Below, piece by piece: positions 1 through 9,771 of a DNA stretch of 64,000 nt. A model generated the notes under the pieces. It was not told the origin of the DNA, did not search any database, and saw only the letters and a list, made by a program, of their open reading frames with translations. Location of the stretch: positions 416,001-480,000 of the forward strand of contig CAWHFW010000005.1 of the NCBI GenBank assembly GCA_963828735.1. Direction: 5' to 3'. This stretch comes from an uncultured Gemmatimonadales bacterium (GTDB lineage: Bacteria > Gemmatimonadota > Gemmatimonadetes > Gemmatimonadales > GWC2-71-9). A program made the translations under genes and the position numbers. The stretch's first letter is position 1. Each line of letters begins with the position of its first letter.

Positions 1-232
1 ACTCCCGCCGCAAGCCGTTCACATCGATCTCGAGCACCTCCAGGCGAGCCGGCAGGTCACCCGCGACGGCGCCGTGTAGGCGCTGCGCCCACAGGCCGAA
101 CGCAACGGCGAGCAGGGCATGAACCCCCGCGTGCCAGGGCTCCGCCGCATTGGCGGCGGCGCCGACGGCAATCAGGTTGATGCCGCTCAGCACGGCGGCG
201 ATGGGACGCCAGAGCGTGGGCTTGAAGGTCAT
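1..232 (-). CDS. Small membrane protein, 3'-truncated by window edge (MTFKPTLWRPIAAVLSGINLIAVG...RLEVLEIDVNGLRRE)
   Basis: Manual translation from ATG at 232; two hydrophobic segments then an amphipathic tail; absent from ORF track because no stop in window. Confidence 0.7.
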   Translation of the reverse strand, partial: MTFKPTLWRPIAAVLSGINLIAVGAAANAAEPWHAGVHALLAVAFGLWAQRLHGAVAGDLPARLEVLEIDVNGLRRE

Positions 233-312
233 GGCGACATCCTGTCTTGGAGTCCGCCTGCATCAAAAGCGAAACGACTGGGAAAGAACTACGGCCATTC
301 CGGCTCCAGGGT

Positions 313-717
313 TCAGCCGACCTCGACCGTATTGTGCAACGCGGCGATCTCCCAGCCACCCGGCTCCTTCGTCAGCACCAGGGTGAAGCGTGCCCCATGC
401 CGGCCGGCGAGCGGACCCCGGGGGGCGTCCAATCTGGAGTGAACGTGGACGAGGGCGACGTCGGGACGCAGCAGGCGCGCCGCCTCGACGGACAAGTGGT
501 TGGTGCTTCCGGCGTAGATGGTCTTAAAGATCGCGGCGTGACCCGCCCCGATCGCGGGCCGCCCGCGGAAGTGCTCGCCGCGGATCGTGACGAAGTCCGC
601 ATCATTGGCAAACGGCGCCGCGAACGCCTCGCCGTCCCCCGCGTTCCAGGCGGCCTCCAGCAAGCTTGCGATACGCTCGAACGCAGCCCCGTCCTCCCGC
701 GGCCCGTCGGCCATCAC
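313..717 (-). CDS. SnoaL/NTF2-like protein (SgcJ/EcaC, DUF4440-type)
   Basis: AWNAGDGEAFAAPFANDADFV..GEHFRGRPAI and C-terminal WEIAALHNT typical of the family. Confidence 0.85.
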   Translation of the reverse strand: MMADGPREDGAAFERIASLLEAAWNAGDGEAFAAPFANDADFVTIRGEHFRGRPAIGAGHAAIFKTIYAGSTNHLSVEAARLLRPDVALVHVHSRLDAPRGPLAGRHGARFTLVLTKEPGGWEIAALHNTVEVG

Positions 718-736
718 GGTACTCTCGTCTGGGTCG

Positions 737-1039
737 TCACGGTGCCCGTATATGCTGCATGTTCACCCTCCCTGCGGGGGTCAGGCGTCGCCGACGCGGC
801 ACCGGATCGACGAGATGCACCGCATATCCGGTCGAGGCGAGCCAGAGCGCAGAGGCGCCGGCGGCTCCGCCGACGTCCGCGATGGTGGCGGGAGGTGGCG
901 GCGCGAAGCGCCGGATCAGCTCCCGGCTCCGCTCCTCCTCGAGCTGGAATGGTCCCTGCTCGAGCCGTGACTCCTCGGGTGTCCGATCATAGAAGTCCGC
1001 GATGACCGGGTCGAAGCCCCCGGGGGGCAGCTTGCTCAT
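737..1039 (-). pseudogene. Truncated class I SAM-dependent methyltransferase
   Basis: Motif I (IADVGGAAG) and VHLVDPVP present, then unrelated tail and stop at 100 aa; VGDA* fragment in another frame at 795..781. Confidence 0.7.
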
Positions 1040-1090
1040 GCCGACATTCCTCGCGTCCGGCGAGGCGAAGGCCTTCCCGAGGCAACGATC

Positions 1091-2497
1091 TCACCCCACC
1101 ACGGGGAGCGCCACGCGGAATACCGTCCGCCCTGGCTCGGACTCCACCTCGATCGAGCCTTCGTTCCGGTCGACGAGTCGCCTGACGATGTCGAGGCCGA
1201 GCCCGGTCCCCTGCCCCACGGGCTTCGTGGTGAAGAACGGGTCGAAGATCCTGCTTCTCACGTCCGCCGGGATCCCCGGTCCATCGTCGGTCACGCGGAC
1301 CACGACCTTCCCTCCTTCCGCGCGTGCCGTCACGATCACCCGCCCCTCCTGGCTCACCGCGTCGAGCGCGTTGTCGATGAGGTTGGCCCACACCTGATTC
1401 AGCTCGCCGCCGAATCCGCACACCCGCGGCAGGTCCGGGGGCACGTCCACTGCCAGCGACGCCGACTTCCCGCGCGCTTTGGCCCCCATCACGGCCAGCG
1501 TGTCGGTGAGTCCCTTGGCGACGTCCACCGGCTCGGCAGACGGCGCGTGGTCCATGTACGTGAAGCCCTTCACGGCGCTGACCAGCTCGTGCACCCGCGT
1601 GGCGGCCCGCTCGACGTCGCGCGCGAGCCCGCGCACGGTGCACGCGGCCGCCACCCAGCGGAGCGACGCGCGGAGCCGATCGCTGTCGACCGCCGTCGCG
1701 AGCTCGTCGAGCGTTGCGAGCGTGACGTTCGTCTCGCCCAGCGGGGCCGCGAGCGCATCATCGACGCCATGATCCGTCAGCCAATCGGCGAGCGCCTCCT
1801 CGCGATCCGCGCGCTCGAGCGGCGAGAACACCCCCGTGGAAGGTCCCCCGCTGCAGACCCAGCGGACGCGCTCGACCGCCGCCAGCGCCAGGCCATCGAG
1901 ATCCGCCTCCCCGAGCGCCCGAGACGCCTCCTCCGACTCCGCCAGGGCCGCGGCGATGAGCTGGGCGCTCCTGGCGGCCGCGGACGCAGGGTTGTTCAGC
2001 TCGTGGGCCAGCCCCGCCGCCAGCTTGCCGAGGGAGGCCATCTTCTCCACCTGCAGGTCGCTGACCTTGAACGCCCGTGCCCGGTCGACCATCACGTGCA
2101 CCAGCTCCGCGGTCACGTGCGGGCACTCGATCGGCAGCGCCGGCAGGTGCTCGCGGCCGACGCGCAGCAGCTCGGTCGGCTCCTCGATCACGGAATTCCC
2201 CGGCGCGGTGGCCATCCGAGAGTACGGCAGCAGCCCGGTCGCGTCCCCATCGCGCCAGTCCACGGCCTTGCGCCACGTGCCGCCTTGGTCCAGGAAGTGG
2301 GCCACGTGCCCCTTGAAGATGATGTAGAGCGCTTCGACCGGCTCACCCTTGCGCGCGACCATCGCGCCAGGCTCGTAGCGCTCGAGCGTCCCGTGGGCGG
2401 CCAGCCACTCCAGCTCCTCGCGCGGCGCCTTCCCGAGGGCCCGGTGCGCCACCAGGCGGGCGAAGAGGTCTGCCTCGTCTTTCGGAGTCTCGGTCAT
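1091..2497 (-). CDS. Cytoplasmic sensor histidine kinase with N-terminal cNMP-binding-like domain
   Basis: H-box LAHELNNP, N-box NLIDNA, DDGPG, FDPFFTTK, GTGLGL; start reassigned to MTETPK at 2497. Confidence 0.92.
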   Translation of the reverse strand: MTETPKDEADLFARLVAHRALGKAPREELEWLAAHGTLERYEPGAMVARKGEPVEALYIIFKGHVAHFLDQGGTWRKAVDWRDGDATGLLPYSRMATAPGNSVIEEPTELLRVGREHLPALPIECPHVTAELVHVMVDRARAFKVSDLQVEKMASLGKLAAGLAHELNNPASAAARSAQLIAAALAESEEASRALGEADLDGLALAAVERVRWVCSGGPSTGVFSPLERADREEALADWLTDHGVDDALAAPLGETNVTLATLDELATAVDSDRLRASLRWVAAACTVRGLARDVERAATRVHELVSAVKGFTYMDHAPSAEPVDVAKGLTDTLAVMGAKARGKSASLAVDVPPDLPRVCGFGGELNQVWANLIDNALDAVSQEGRVIVTARAEGGKVVVRVTDDGPGIPADVRSRIFDPFFTTKPVGQGTGLGLDIVRRLVDRNEGSIEVESEPGRTVFRVALPVVG

Positions 2498-2501
2498 CGC
2501 C

Positions 2502-4163
2502 CTATACCGTGCGCAGATACTGGTGGACCATGCTGACCGTGGCCGACCCCTCGCCGACGGCCGCCGCGACGCGCTTCCCGGAGCCGTGGCGCGCATCGCC
2601 GGCACAGAAGACACCGGGGACATTCGTCTCGAAGAGGTATGGATCGCGCAGAGCGGTCCAGCCGGCCGGGGGACGTCCATCGGTCATCACCTCGCGCCCG
2701 GTGAGCACGAAGCCCTGCGAGTCGCGCATGACGAGGTTCCCGCACAGCGCTGTTCGGGGGGTGGTCCCGATGAAGATGAACATGGCGGCCGCCGGCAGCT
2801 CCCGTCGGGCGCCGCTCTCCGCGTCGGTTACCGTGACTGCCTCGAGCCGCCCGTTGCCGCGCGCCGAGGCCACGCTGGCGTTCACCAGTACTTCCACATT
2901 CTGCGCCTCGCGGATCCGGTCCACGAGATAGCTGGACATACCGGCCGCGATGTCGGGCCCGCGCACGAGCATGGTGACCTTACGAGCGTACCGCGAAAAG
3001 AACATTGCCCCCTGCCCCGCCGAGTTCGCGCCACCGACGACGATCACGTCGCAGCCGCGGTAGGTCGCGGCCTCGCTGAGCGCGGCGCCGTAGTACACCC
3101 CCGCGCCGAGGAGCGGCTCGATGCCGTCGGCGTCGAGTCGCCGCACCTCCATGCCCGGCGCGATCATGAGTGCATACCCCGTCAGCTCGGATCCATCGGC
3201 GAGGATCACCTTCCGGTACGGATCCTCGCGCCTGATCTCGACCGCCTCCTGCGTCGCGAGGATTTCGGCGCCGAAGCGCCTGGCCTGGGCCGCCGCACCT
3301 CGTGCGAGATCCGCTCCGGTGACACCATTCGGAAAGCCGAGGTAGTTCTCGATCTTCGAGCTGGTTCCGGCCTGACCACCCGGAGCGCTGCGTTCGACGA
3401 GGATCGTGCGCAGCCCTTCCGAGGCGCCATACACCGCGCCCGCGAGACCGGCCGGACCCCCGCCGACGACGATGAGATCGTAGAACGTCTTCTGGGCGCG
3501 CGTCTGCAACCCGACCCTCTCGGCCAGCTCCCGGATGGTGGGCTGCACCAACGTCGTCCCATCTGGGAACAGCACCATCGGAAGCCGCGCCACGCCGCCG
3601 CTGGCGCCCGAGAGGAGCTCGTGGACGGTCGCCTCGTTGTCCATGTCGAGCCACCTGTACGGCACCTGGTTGGACGCGAGGAAGTCCTTTACCGCGTAGC
3701 TCGCCGGCGAGAGCGCCGTGCCCGCCACGCGGATGCCATCGAACCCGGGCCTGGCGCGGGCGAACCACTCGGAGAGAAGGTCCTCGAGCACCGGATAGAG
3801 CCGGACGCTCGGCGGCTCCCACGGCTTCAGGAGGTAGTGATCGAGCCCGACTTGGTTGATCGCGGTGATGGCGGTGTCGGTGTCGGCATACGCGGTGAGT
3901 AGTACGCGTCGCGCATCCGGATAGATCTTGACCGCCTCGAGCAGGAATTGCGTCCCGGTCATATGCGGCATGCGCTCGTCGACCAGGAAGAGCGCCACCT
4001 GCGCGCCCCGCAGCAGGAGCTGGCGGATCGTGTCCAGTGCCTCCGCGCCGGACGACGCCTTGACCACACGATAGTCCGAGCGGAAATGGTGCCGGAGATC
4101 GCGCTCGATGGCGTTCAACACTTCCGGGTCGTCATCTACTGTCAGCAGGACGGGCTTGCTCAT
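2502..4163 (-). CDS. Response-regulator receiver / thioredoxin-reductase-like FAD oxidoreductase fusion
   Basis: Receiver VDDD..VDERMP..KPW; FAD motif GGGPAG, IENYLGFP, NAD(P) motif GGANSAG, ETNVPGVFCAGD. Confidence 0.93.
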   Translation of the reverse strand: MSKPVLLTVDDDPEVLNAIERDLRHHFRSDYRVVKASSGAEALDTIRQLLLRGAQVALFLVDERMPHMTGTQFLLEAVKIYPDARRVLLTAYADTDTAITAINQVGLDHYLLKPWEPPSVRLYPVLEDLLSEWFARARPGFDGIRVAGTALSPASYAVKDFLASNQVPYRWLDMDNEATVHELLSGASGGVARLPMVLFPDGTTLVQPTIRELAERVGLQTRAQKTFYDLIVVGGGPAGLAGAVYGASEGLRTILVERSAPGGQAGTSSKIENYLGFPNGVTGADLARGAAAQARRFGAEILATQEAVEIRREDPYRKVILADGSELTGYALMIAPGMEVRRLDADGIEPLLGAGVYYGAALSEAATYRGCDVIVVGGANSAGQGAMFFSRYARKVTMLVRGPDIAAGMSSYLVDRIREAQNVEVLVNASVASARGNGRLEAVTVTDAESGARRELPAAAMFIFIGTTPRTALCGNLVMRDSQGFVLTGREVMTDGRPPAGWTALRDPYLFETNVPGVFCAGDARHGSGKRVAAAVGEGSATVSMVHQYLRTV

Positions 4164-4444
4164 GCGGTCGGTGATTCGGGATCAGGTACATCGTGGCGAT
4201 GCGTCTGGGGCAGCTCCACCCGGGGGTGACCCGCGGCGACGGCCCGCTCCAGGAAATCGATCCGTTCGTGCAGCTCCTCGAGCTCCGCCTGGACCCGATG
4301 GATCGCAGGGTCGTCGACGATGCCGGGTGAACCTCCACCCTCGATGCGCTTCGCGAGCGCGCTCGCGACGGGCCCGAGGACCCTGACGAGCACCCAGCCG
4401 GCCGCGAGCAGGCCGCCGAGGTCTATGAGCGTGAAATCGTGCAC
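4160..4444 (-). CDS. Hypothetical small membrane protein with C-terminal ELEELHERIDFLER coiled coil
   Basis: N-terminal hydrophobic helix; stop overlaps start of next gene (ATGA). Confidence 0.7.
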   Translation of the reverse strand: MHDFTLIDLGGLLAAGWVLVRVLGPVASALAKRIEGGGSPGIVDDPAIHRVQAELEELHERIDFLERAVAAGHPRVELPQTHRHDVPDPESPTA

Positions 4445-4523
4445 GGTTCTCAGCCCCGGTAGCTCGGCGCCATCGCGGGAAGCTTGGGGTGCCCGCGCCA
4501 GTCGGCGGCAGGGGGTGCCGAAT

Positions 4524-4685
4524 TCAGTCCGGCTTGACTACGGGCGCCGGGGGCGGCTCGTCGGCCTGGGGTTCCGTCGACGGCACGTCGGCCCGATCGC
4601 GCTTCCGTTGCCGCTTCTCCTCCTGCTTCCGCTGTTTGTTGAGCTCCTTCTGCCGCTTCTCGTATCCATAGTTGCGCTTGGGCAA
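4524..4685 (-). CDS. Small basic hypothetical protein (MPKRNYGYEKRQKELNKQRKQEEKRQRK...)
   Basis: TTG start at 4685 preceded by G-rich RBS-like sequence; coherent Lys/Arg/Glu-rich helix. Confidence 0.65.
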   Translation of the reverse strand: MPKRNYGYEKRQKELNKQRKQEEKRQRKRDRADVPSTEPQADEPPPAPVVKPD

Positions 4686-4803
4686 GCCGACACCCCCGAG
4701 TACTGCCGCGGATCGCTCGTGCGCGACAAGGCGCCGCCGACGGCTTCGCGGATCTCCTCGAAAGTAGCCTCTCACCGGCGGCCTCGCTGCCCCGGCCGGC
4801 CGG

Positions 4804-5127
4804 TCACACGATCTGCCGCTCCTCGGTGACGAAGTAGGCGCTCCGCGAGGGATCCACGAAATTGGCCTCATCGGCCGTCGAAGCAGCCCACTCCGGCGAC
4901 TGCCGCGCCCGTAGCATCGCCGCCAAGTCGTCGAACCAAAGCTCGGCCATGCCGTCGAAATCGGCGGGCCGATCATTGCCGGACATCGCCAGCGCGTAGC
5001 TCTGCACGAGCTTTCGGAGGCCGGGAATACGCGCGCCGATGGGTCCGTGGACGTCCGCCCAGTAGCGGACGAACTCCTCGCGACTGAGCTCCGGCCTTCG
5101 GTGGATGCAATAGACCAGCTTCACCAC
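4804..5127 (-). CDS. EthD family protein
   Basis: KLVYCIHRRPELSREEF..YW..VHGP, FDGMAELWF, DEANFVD. Confidence 0.88.
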   Translation of the reverse strand: MVKLVYCIHRRPELSREEFVRYWADVHGPIGARIPGLRKLVQSYALAMSGNDRPADFDGMAELWFDDLAAMLRARQSPEWAASTADEANFVDPSRSAYFVTEERQIV

Positions 5128-5176
5128 AGGTGGCTCTCCGATCCCGCGCCCCGAGAGCGACGAATGACGGGCGCGC

Positions 5177-5377
5177 TCAGCCCGCGACCGTGGGCTGCGA
5201 CAGGAGCCGCCATGCCCAGATGGCCATCGCTCCTGCGGCCAGGAAGACGATCAACGAGACCGCCGCCGGAACCGGGTGGCCGGCAATCAGGAGCGGCCAC
5301 CGCGTAAAGGTGCGAATCAGGTGAATGATGGCGACGAGACCGAACACGAAGCCGGATATCCGCACATAGGATCGCAT
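5177..5377 (-). CDS. Small two-helix membrane protein
   Basis: ATG at 5377 with AAGGAG RBS; two hydrophobic segments. Confidence 0.75.
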   Translation of the reverse strand: MRSYVRISGFVFGLVAIIHLIRTFTRWPLLIAGHPVPAAVSLIVFLAAGAMAIWAWRLLSQPTVAG

Positions 5378-5506
5378 CCTGTTCTCCTTCCCTCGGTACC
5401 GGAATGGGGTGAGGCCATTGCGGAGCGCCCACGCCGGGTGCATCAGCCGCGCCGGGCACGCTCCCTGCCTCCCGGGAGCTAAACGCGCTTCTTCCCAGGA
5501 GGATCC

Positions 5507-5896
5507 ATGCGTTCAGCCCGACATTTTGGAACGGCTCTGGCGGTTCTCGCTGCAACGGCTTGCAGCTCCTTCACCCCGACCAGCCAGAGTCAGCCGTCCC
5601 CGGCCGTTCGGCGGGGGCCAAGCACCGCCGCCACGCTGGGCATCCCGCCCGGCCACCTACCGCCTCCCGGCCAGTGTCGCGTCTGGCTGCCCGGCACGCC
5701 GCCCGGCCATCAGCCGCGGCCGCGCAGCTGTGCCGACATCGAGCGCACCGCTCCGGCGGGCAGCTGGATCGTCTACCGTCCCAGCAAGGACCGGAAGGTG
5801 GTCCAGGTGCGAGTCGTCGATGAACGGCGGGCCGGAGTCGTCGTACGCCTGCGCGTGTACGACGCCGAGCGGGGAACGCTGATTCGGGAAGACTGA
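5507..5896 (+). CDS. Hypothetical lipoprotein with PPGH repeats
   Basis: AGGAGG RBS; lipobox-like LAATAC; GIPPGHLPPPGQCRVWLPGTPPGHQP. Confidence 0.78.
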   Translation: MRSARHFGTALAVLAATACSSFTPTSQSQPSPAVRRGPSTAATLGIPPGHLPPPGQCRVWLPGTPPGHQPRPRSCADIERTAPAGSWIVYRPSKDRKVVQVRVVDERRAGVVVRLRVYDAERGTLIRED

Positions 5897-5970
5897 CTTC
5901 GGCGCTCGGGCGTCGGTACGCGGTCAGCAGTACGAGAACGCCGGCCCCCGGCACCGGGGCCGAGCCATCC

Positions 5971-6567
5971 TCACCCCGCTTCCGATGTCTCGACCCCTTT
6001 CCACCCGAACGGTCGCTCCCGAAGGATCCAGAGGAGATACGCCACCGGCACCGCCTCAAGTGCCGCAAGCCTCACGCTGCCAACCAGCAGCCGCCCCCAC
6101 GTCGCGACCGGATCGCCGGGGTGCAGCCATTCCATACCCATGAGCGCGGCCAACGCCGCGGGCACGCCCGCGGTGAACGCGACCAGGAGCGCGCCCGGGT
6201 AGCTCCGGGACAGCGACCGCCCGCTTCGCATCACGAACCCGCTGCAGGCGAACGCCTGCAGCACGAGAACGGCGAGCTGCGCTCCCGTGAGTGCCGCGGC
6301 GGTCCGTCTCGGCCAGCCGAGCGTGGCCGAGATCGCCAGCGCCGCGCCGACCACCGCGAAGGTCCCGCTCATCCAGGCGACCAGGCCGTCCCAGATGCGA
6401 TCCGGAATCGGTGTGTCGCTCGGCGCGGTCGTCGCCTCGTCCGAGCGCTCGATCAAGGGACGGCCAGAGGCAGATGCCTGCGGGCAAGATGGGGAGGCGT
6501 CATCCGCTCCTCGCGTGTGATCGAGAATTGCCGACTCATTCTCACCCACCAGGCCATGACGGGTCAA
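5971..6567 (-). CDS. Hypothetical membrane protein (about 4 TM helices); start uncertain
   Basis: Hydrophobic segments in C-terminal two thirds; fills gap between genes. Confidence 0.55.
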   Translation of the reverse strand: MTRHGLVGENESAILDHTRGADDASPSCPQASASGRPLIERSDEATTAPSDTPIPDRIWDGLVAWMSGTFAVVGAALAISATLGWPRRTAAALTGAQLAVLVLQAFACSGFVMRSGRSLSRSYPGALLVAFTAGVPAALAALMGMEWLHPGDPVATWGRLLVGSVRLAALEAVPVAYLLWILRERPFGWKGVETSEAG

Positions 6568-6712
6568 GCCAGACTGGCATCGTCGTCCACATTGACGGCT
6601 CGGCCCGTCACCTGTTCCTTACGCTGCTCGAGCAGCGAATCCGCGTCCAAATTCCGAAGAGCAGACCCGCCGGCCGGACGAACCGGAATTCCGGCGCCAC
6701 ACGGGTCAGGAG

Positions 6713-7690
6713 ATGCCGCCGTTGAAAGCCCTGAAGATCGCCGGAATGGTGTTCGCCGTGCTGATCGTCGCTGCCCTCGGCCTCTACGCGTGGGCCGCCG
6801 CGGCATCGAGCCGGAAGCTCGCCCGCCGGTACGAGGTGCACACGGTTGACTTCCCCATTCCGTTCCCCCTCAGCGCGCAGGAGGTCGCGAGCGGCCGGCT
6901 CACGACCGACTCGGCCAACGAGCTCGCACGGAACCGGGCGCTCGAGCGGGGGAGACATCTGATCGAGGCCCGCTACGCCTGCAGCGAATGTCACGGGTCG
7001 GGGTTCGGCGGGGGGGTCATGATCGACGATCCGGCCATCGGCCGCATCCTCGGGCCGAACCTCACCGCCGGGACCGGAAGCCGAACCGCGGGTTTTCGGC
7101 CGGCGGACTGGGACCGGATCGTCCGCCACGGCGTCAAGCCCGGCGGCGTGCCCGGGCTCATGCCGTCGGTGGACTTCCGGAGCATGAGCGACCAGGAGCT
7201 GTCCGACATCGTGCTCTACATCCGGTCGCAGCCACCGGTGAACCACCTGGTGCCCTCGTCGACGCTTGGCCCGGTCGGGAAGATGCTGGTCGCCACCGGG
7301 AAGTTCACCCTGTCCGCCGATCTCATCGGGTCGCACCCCGTGCCCCATGCCCTCACGCCACCCGAGGCCGCGCCGACGATCGAGTTCGGCAAGCACGTCG
7401 CGACGACCTGTTCGGGCTGCCATCGGGACGACCTCGGCGGGGGACCGATCGTGGGCGGCGATCCGAGCTGGCCGCCGGCGGCCAACTTGACGCCGGGAAG
7501 CGGCGGGATCGGCGGCTGGACCTTCGCGCAGTTCACCACCGCGATGCACGAGGGAAAAAGACCGGACGGCACGTCGCTCCGCGCGCCGATGTCGGGCGTG
7601 GTGCAATACGCGCGGAACTTGACGGACGTGGAGATGCAGGCGCTGTGGAGCTATCTGCGGTCGCTGCCCGCAGTCGCCGCCCGCAAGTGA
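6713..7690 (+). CDS. Membrane-anchored di-haem c-type cytochrome
   Basis: Two CxxCH motifs (CSECH, CSGCH), PNLT motifs, N-terminal TM helix, AGGAG RBS. Confidence 0.92.
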   Translation: MPPLKALKIAGMVFAVLIVAALGLYAWAAAASSRKLARRYEVHTVDFPIPFPLSAQEVASGRLTTDSANELARNRALERGRHLIEARYACSECHGSGFGGGVMIDDPAIGRILGPNLTAGTGSRTAGFRPADWDRIVRHGVKPGGVPGLMPSVDFRSMSDQELSDIVLYIRSQPPVNHLVPSSTLGPVGKMLVATGKFTLSADLIGSHPVPHALTPPEAAPTIEFGKHVATTCSGCHRDDLGGGPIVGGDPSWPPAANLTPGSGGIGGWTFAQFTTAMHEGKRPDGTSLRAPMSGVVQYARNLTDVEMQALWSYLRSLPAVAARK

Positions 7691-7788
7691 GGTCGGCGAG
7701 GGGGTGAGCCGCCCGGGGTGATTGCTGGCGCATCCGGCACTGCGCACGTATGCTCCCCGCGTCGTCCCCCTGCAACAAGGGACCTCAC

Positions 7789-9771
7789 ATGCTCGACCAC
7801 CTGAACGCGGCGCTGGCCGACCGGTACACGGTGGAGCGCGAGCTGGGCCGGGGCGGCATGGCCTCGGTATGGCTGGCGCGCGACCGGCGCCACGATCGCG
7901 TCGTCGCCATCAAGGTGCTGCACCCGGAGCTCGCGGGCGCGATCGGCGTGGACCGGTTCGTTCGCGAGATTCGTCTCACCGCCAGGCTCCAACATCCCAA
8001 CATCGTCCCCGTGCTCGACTCCGGCGTCTTTCCGGGGCCGCGTGGCGATCCCCTCCCCTGGTACGCCATGGCGTACGTCCCCGGCGAATCGCTTCGCGTT
8101 CGGATGCAGCGCGAGCGCCACCTGCCGGTGGACGACGCGCTGCGCATCGTCGAAGACACCGCGTCGGCGCTCCAGGTCGCGCACCGCGAAGGCATCGTGC
8201 ACCGCGACATCAAGCCAGAGAACCTGCTGCTCGCCGAGGGGCGGGTATACGTCGCCGACTTCGGAATTGCGAAGGCGCTCCTCGAAACCGGCAGCGAGCG
8301 GCTCACCAGCACCGGCCTCGCCATCGGGACCCCCGTGTACATGAGCCCGGAGCAGGCCAGCGCGCAGCCGGTGGATGCCCGGAGCGACCAGTACAGCCTT
8401 GCCAGCGTGCTGTACGAGATGCTCGTGGGCGAGCCCCCCTTCACCGGCCCCACCGCGCAGGCGATCGTCGCCCGCCGGCTGGCGGAGCCGGCCCGCGCCA
8501 TCCGACCGGTGCGCCCCACGGTGCCGGCGGGCGCCGAGGCCGCGGTGCTGCGGGCACTCGAGCGGGTGCCGGCCGACCGGTTCCCCGACGTCGCGGCGTT
8601 CGCCGGCGCGCTGCGGGCCACGTCCACGCCGGTCGAAGGAAGGCGAGTCCGGCCGGGGAGGTCGGCGATTCGCGCCGTCGGCGGAACGCTGCTGGTCGCG
8701 GCAGTCGTGCTCGGTGTGTGGCTTCTGGCTCACCGGCAAAGCGAGGTACGAGACGCTCGGGACCCGGACGTGATCGCGCTGTACCAACGCGGCGTCCATG
8801 AGTACGACAAGCGCACGCCGGAGTCCATCGGCGAGGCGGTTCGCGCCCTCACGGCCGCCGTCCGGCGGGACTCGACATACCGCGAAGCATGGGCGGCGCT
8901 CGCCAAGACCTACGTCCGCGCCTACGACCGGCGGTTCGTCTTTTCCGGCATGGCCCGCGACAGCGTTCTCCGGCTCGCGGTGGCGGCGTCGGATCGCGCC
9001 ATGGCGGGGGCTCGCCCCAGCGCGGAGGCCTGGGCGACCCAGGCGATCGTGAGCCGGATCGTGGACCCGACCGATCGCACGTCGCCCATCCGATCGCTGC
9101 GGCAGGCGCTGGCGCTCGACTCGACCGATGCGGAGGCCTGGCACTTCCTCGCACTCAGCCTGGCCGAGGCACGCGACCTGGACGGCGCGTTCGAGGCCTG
9201 GCGCCGCTCGGTCGCGGCGGACCCAAGCTATGCCGACGGGCAGGGGCTCGCGTTCCTGGCCCTCGGCCACTACTGGCGGCACCAGTACGACAGCGCAGCG
9301 CGCTGGGCGGACAGCGCCATCGCTCTGCAGCCGAATTCCCTGCTGGCCCGGGGGGTGGTGGGTTACATCGCCATCGAACGAGGTGACGTCGCGCGAGGGC
9401 GGGCGGCCTTCGACGCGGCGGAGCGGCTCAGCACGGGCATCGAGGTGCCCAACGCACTGGGCGGAAGGGCGCTGGCCGAGGCACGCGCGGGCGCTCCGAG
9501 AGCGGCGCGGGGCATTCTCCAACGGGCCGAGTCGCTGGCCGCCTCCTACTCGCCGACGCCGCTGCACACCGCGGTGTTCCTCGCCCAGGCGTATGCCGGT
9601 CTCGGAGACAGGGACCGCGCCATCGCATGGTTACGGCGGTACGCGCCGCGCAATGATCTCCACTTTCAGCTCCACCTCCGCTGCGATCCTCCGTTCGCGG
9701 CGATCGAGGCCGATCCGCGTTTCCGTTCGCTCCTCCTCGCCCCCAGGCCGGCCGGGTCGCAGGGCTGCTAG
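7789..9771 (+). CDS. Hanks-type Ser/Thr protein kinase with TM helix and C-terminal TPR-like repeats
   Basis: GRGGMA, VAIK, HRDIKPEN, DFG, GTPVYMSPEQ. Confidence 0.95.
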   Translation: MLDHLNAALADRYTVERELGRGGMASVWLARDRRHDRVVAIKVLHPELAGAIGVDRFVREIRLTARLQHPNIVPVLDSGVFPGPRGDPLPWYAMAYVPGESLRVRMQRERHLPVDDALRIVEDTASALQVAHREGIVHRDIKPENLLLAEGRVYVADFGIAKALLETGSERLTSTGLAIGTPVYMSPEQASAQPVDARSDQYSLASVLYEMLVGEPPFTGPTAQAIVARRLAEPARAIRPVRPTVPAGAEAAVLRALERVPADRFPDVAAFAGALRATSTPVEGRRVRPGRSAIRAVGGTLLVAAVVLGVWLLAHRQSEVRDARDPDVIALYQRGVHEYDKRTPESIGEAVRALTAAVRRDSTYREAWAALAKTYVRAYDRRFVFSGMARDSVLRLAVAASDRAMAGARPSAEAWATQAIVSRIVDPTDRTSPIRSLRQALALDSTDAEAWHFLALSLAEARDLDGAFEAWRRSVAADPSYADGQGLAFLALGHYWRHQYDSAARWADSAIALQPNSLLARGVVGYIAIERGDVARGRAAFDAAERLSTGIEVPNALGGRALAEARAGAPRAARGILQRAESLAASYSPTPLHTAVFLAQAYAGLGDRDRAIAWLRRYAPRNDLHFQLHLRCDPPFAAIEADPRFRSLLLAPRPAGSQGC

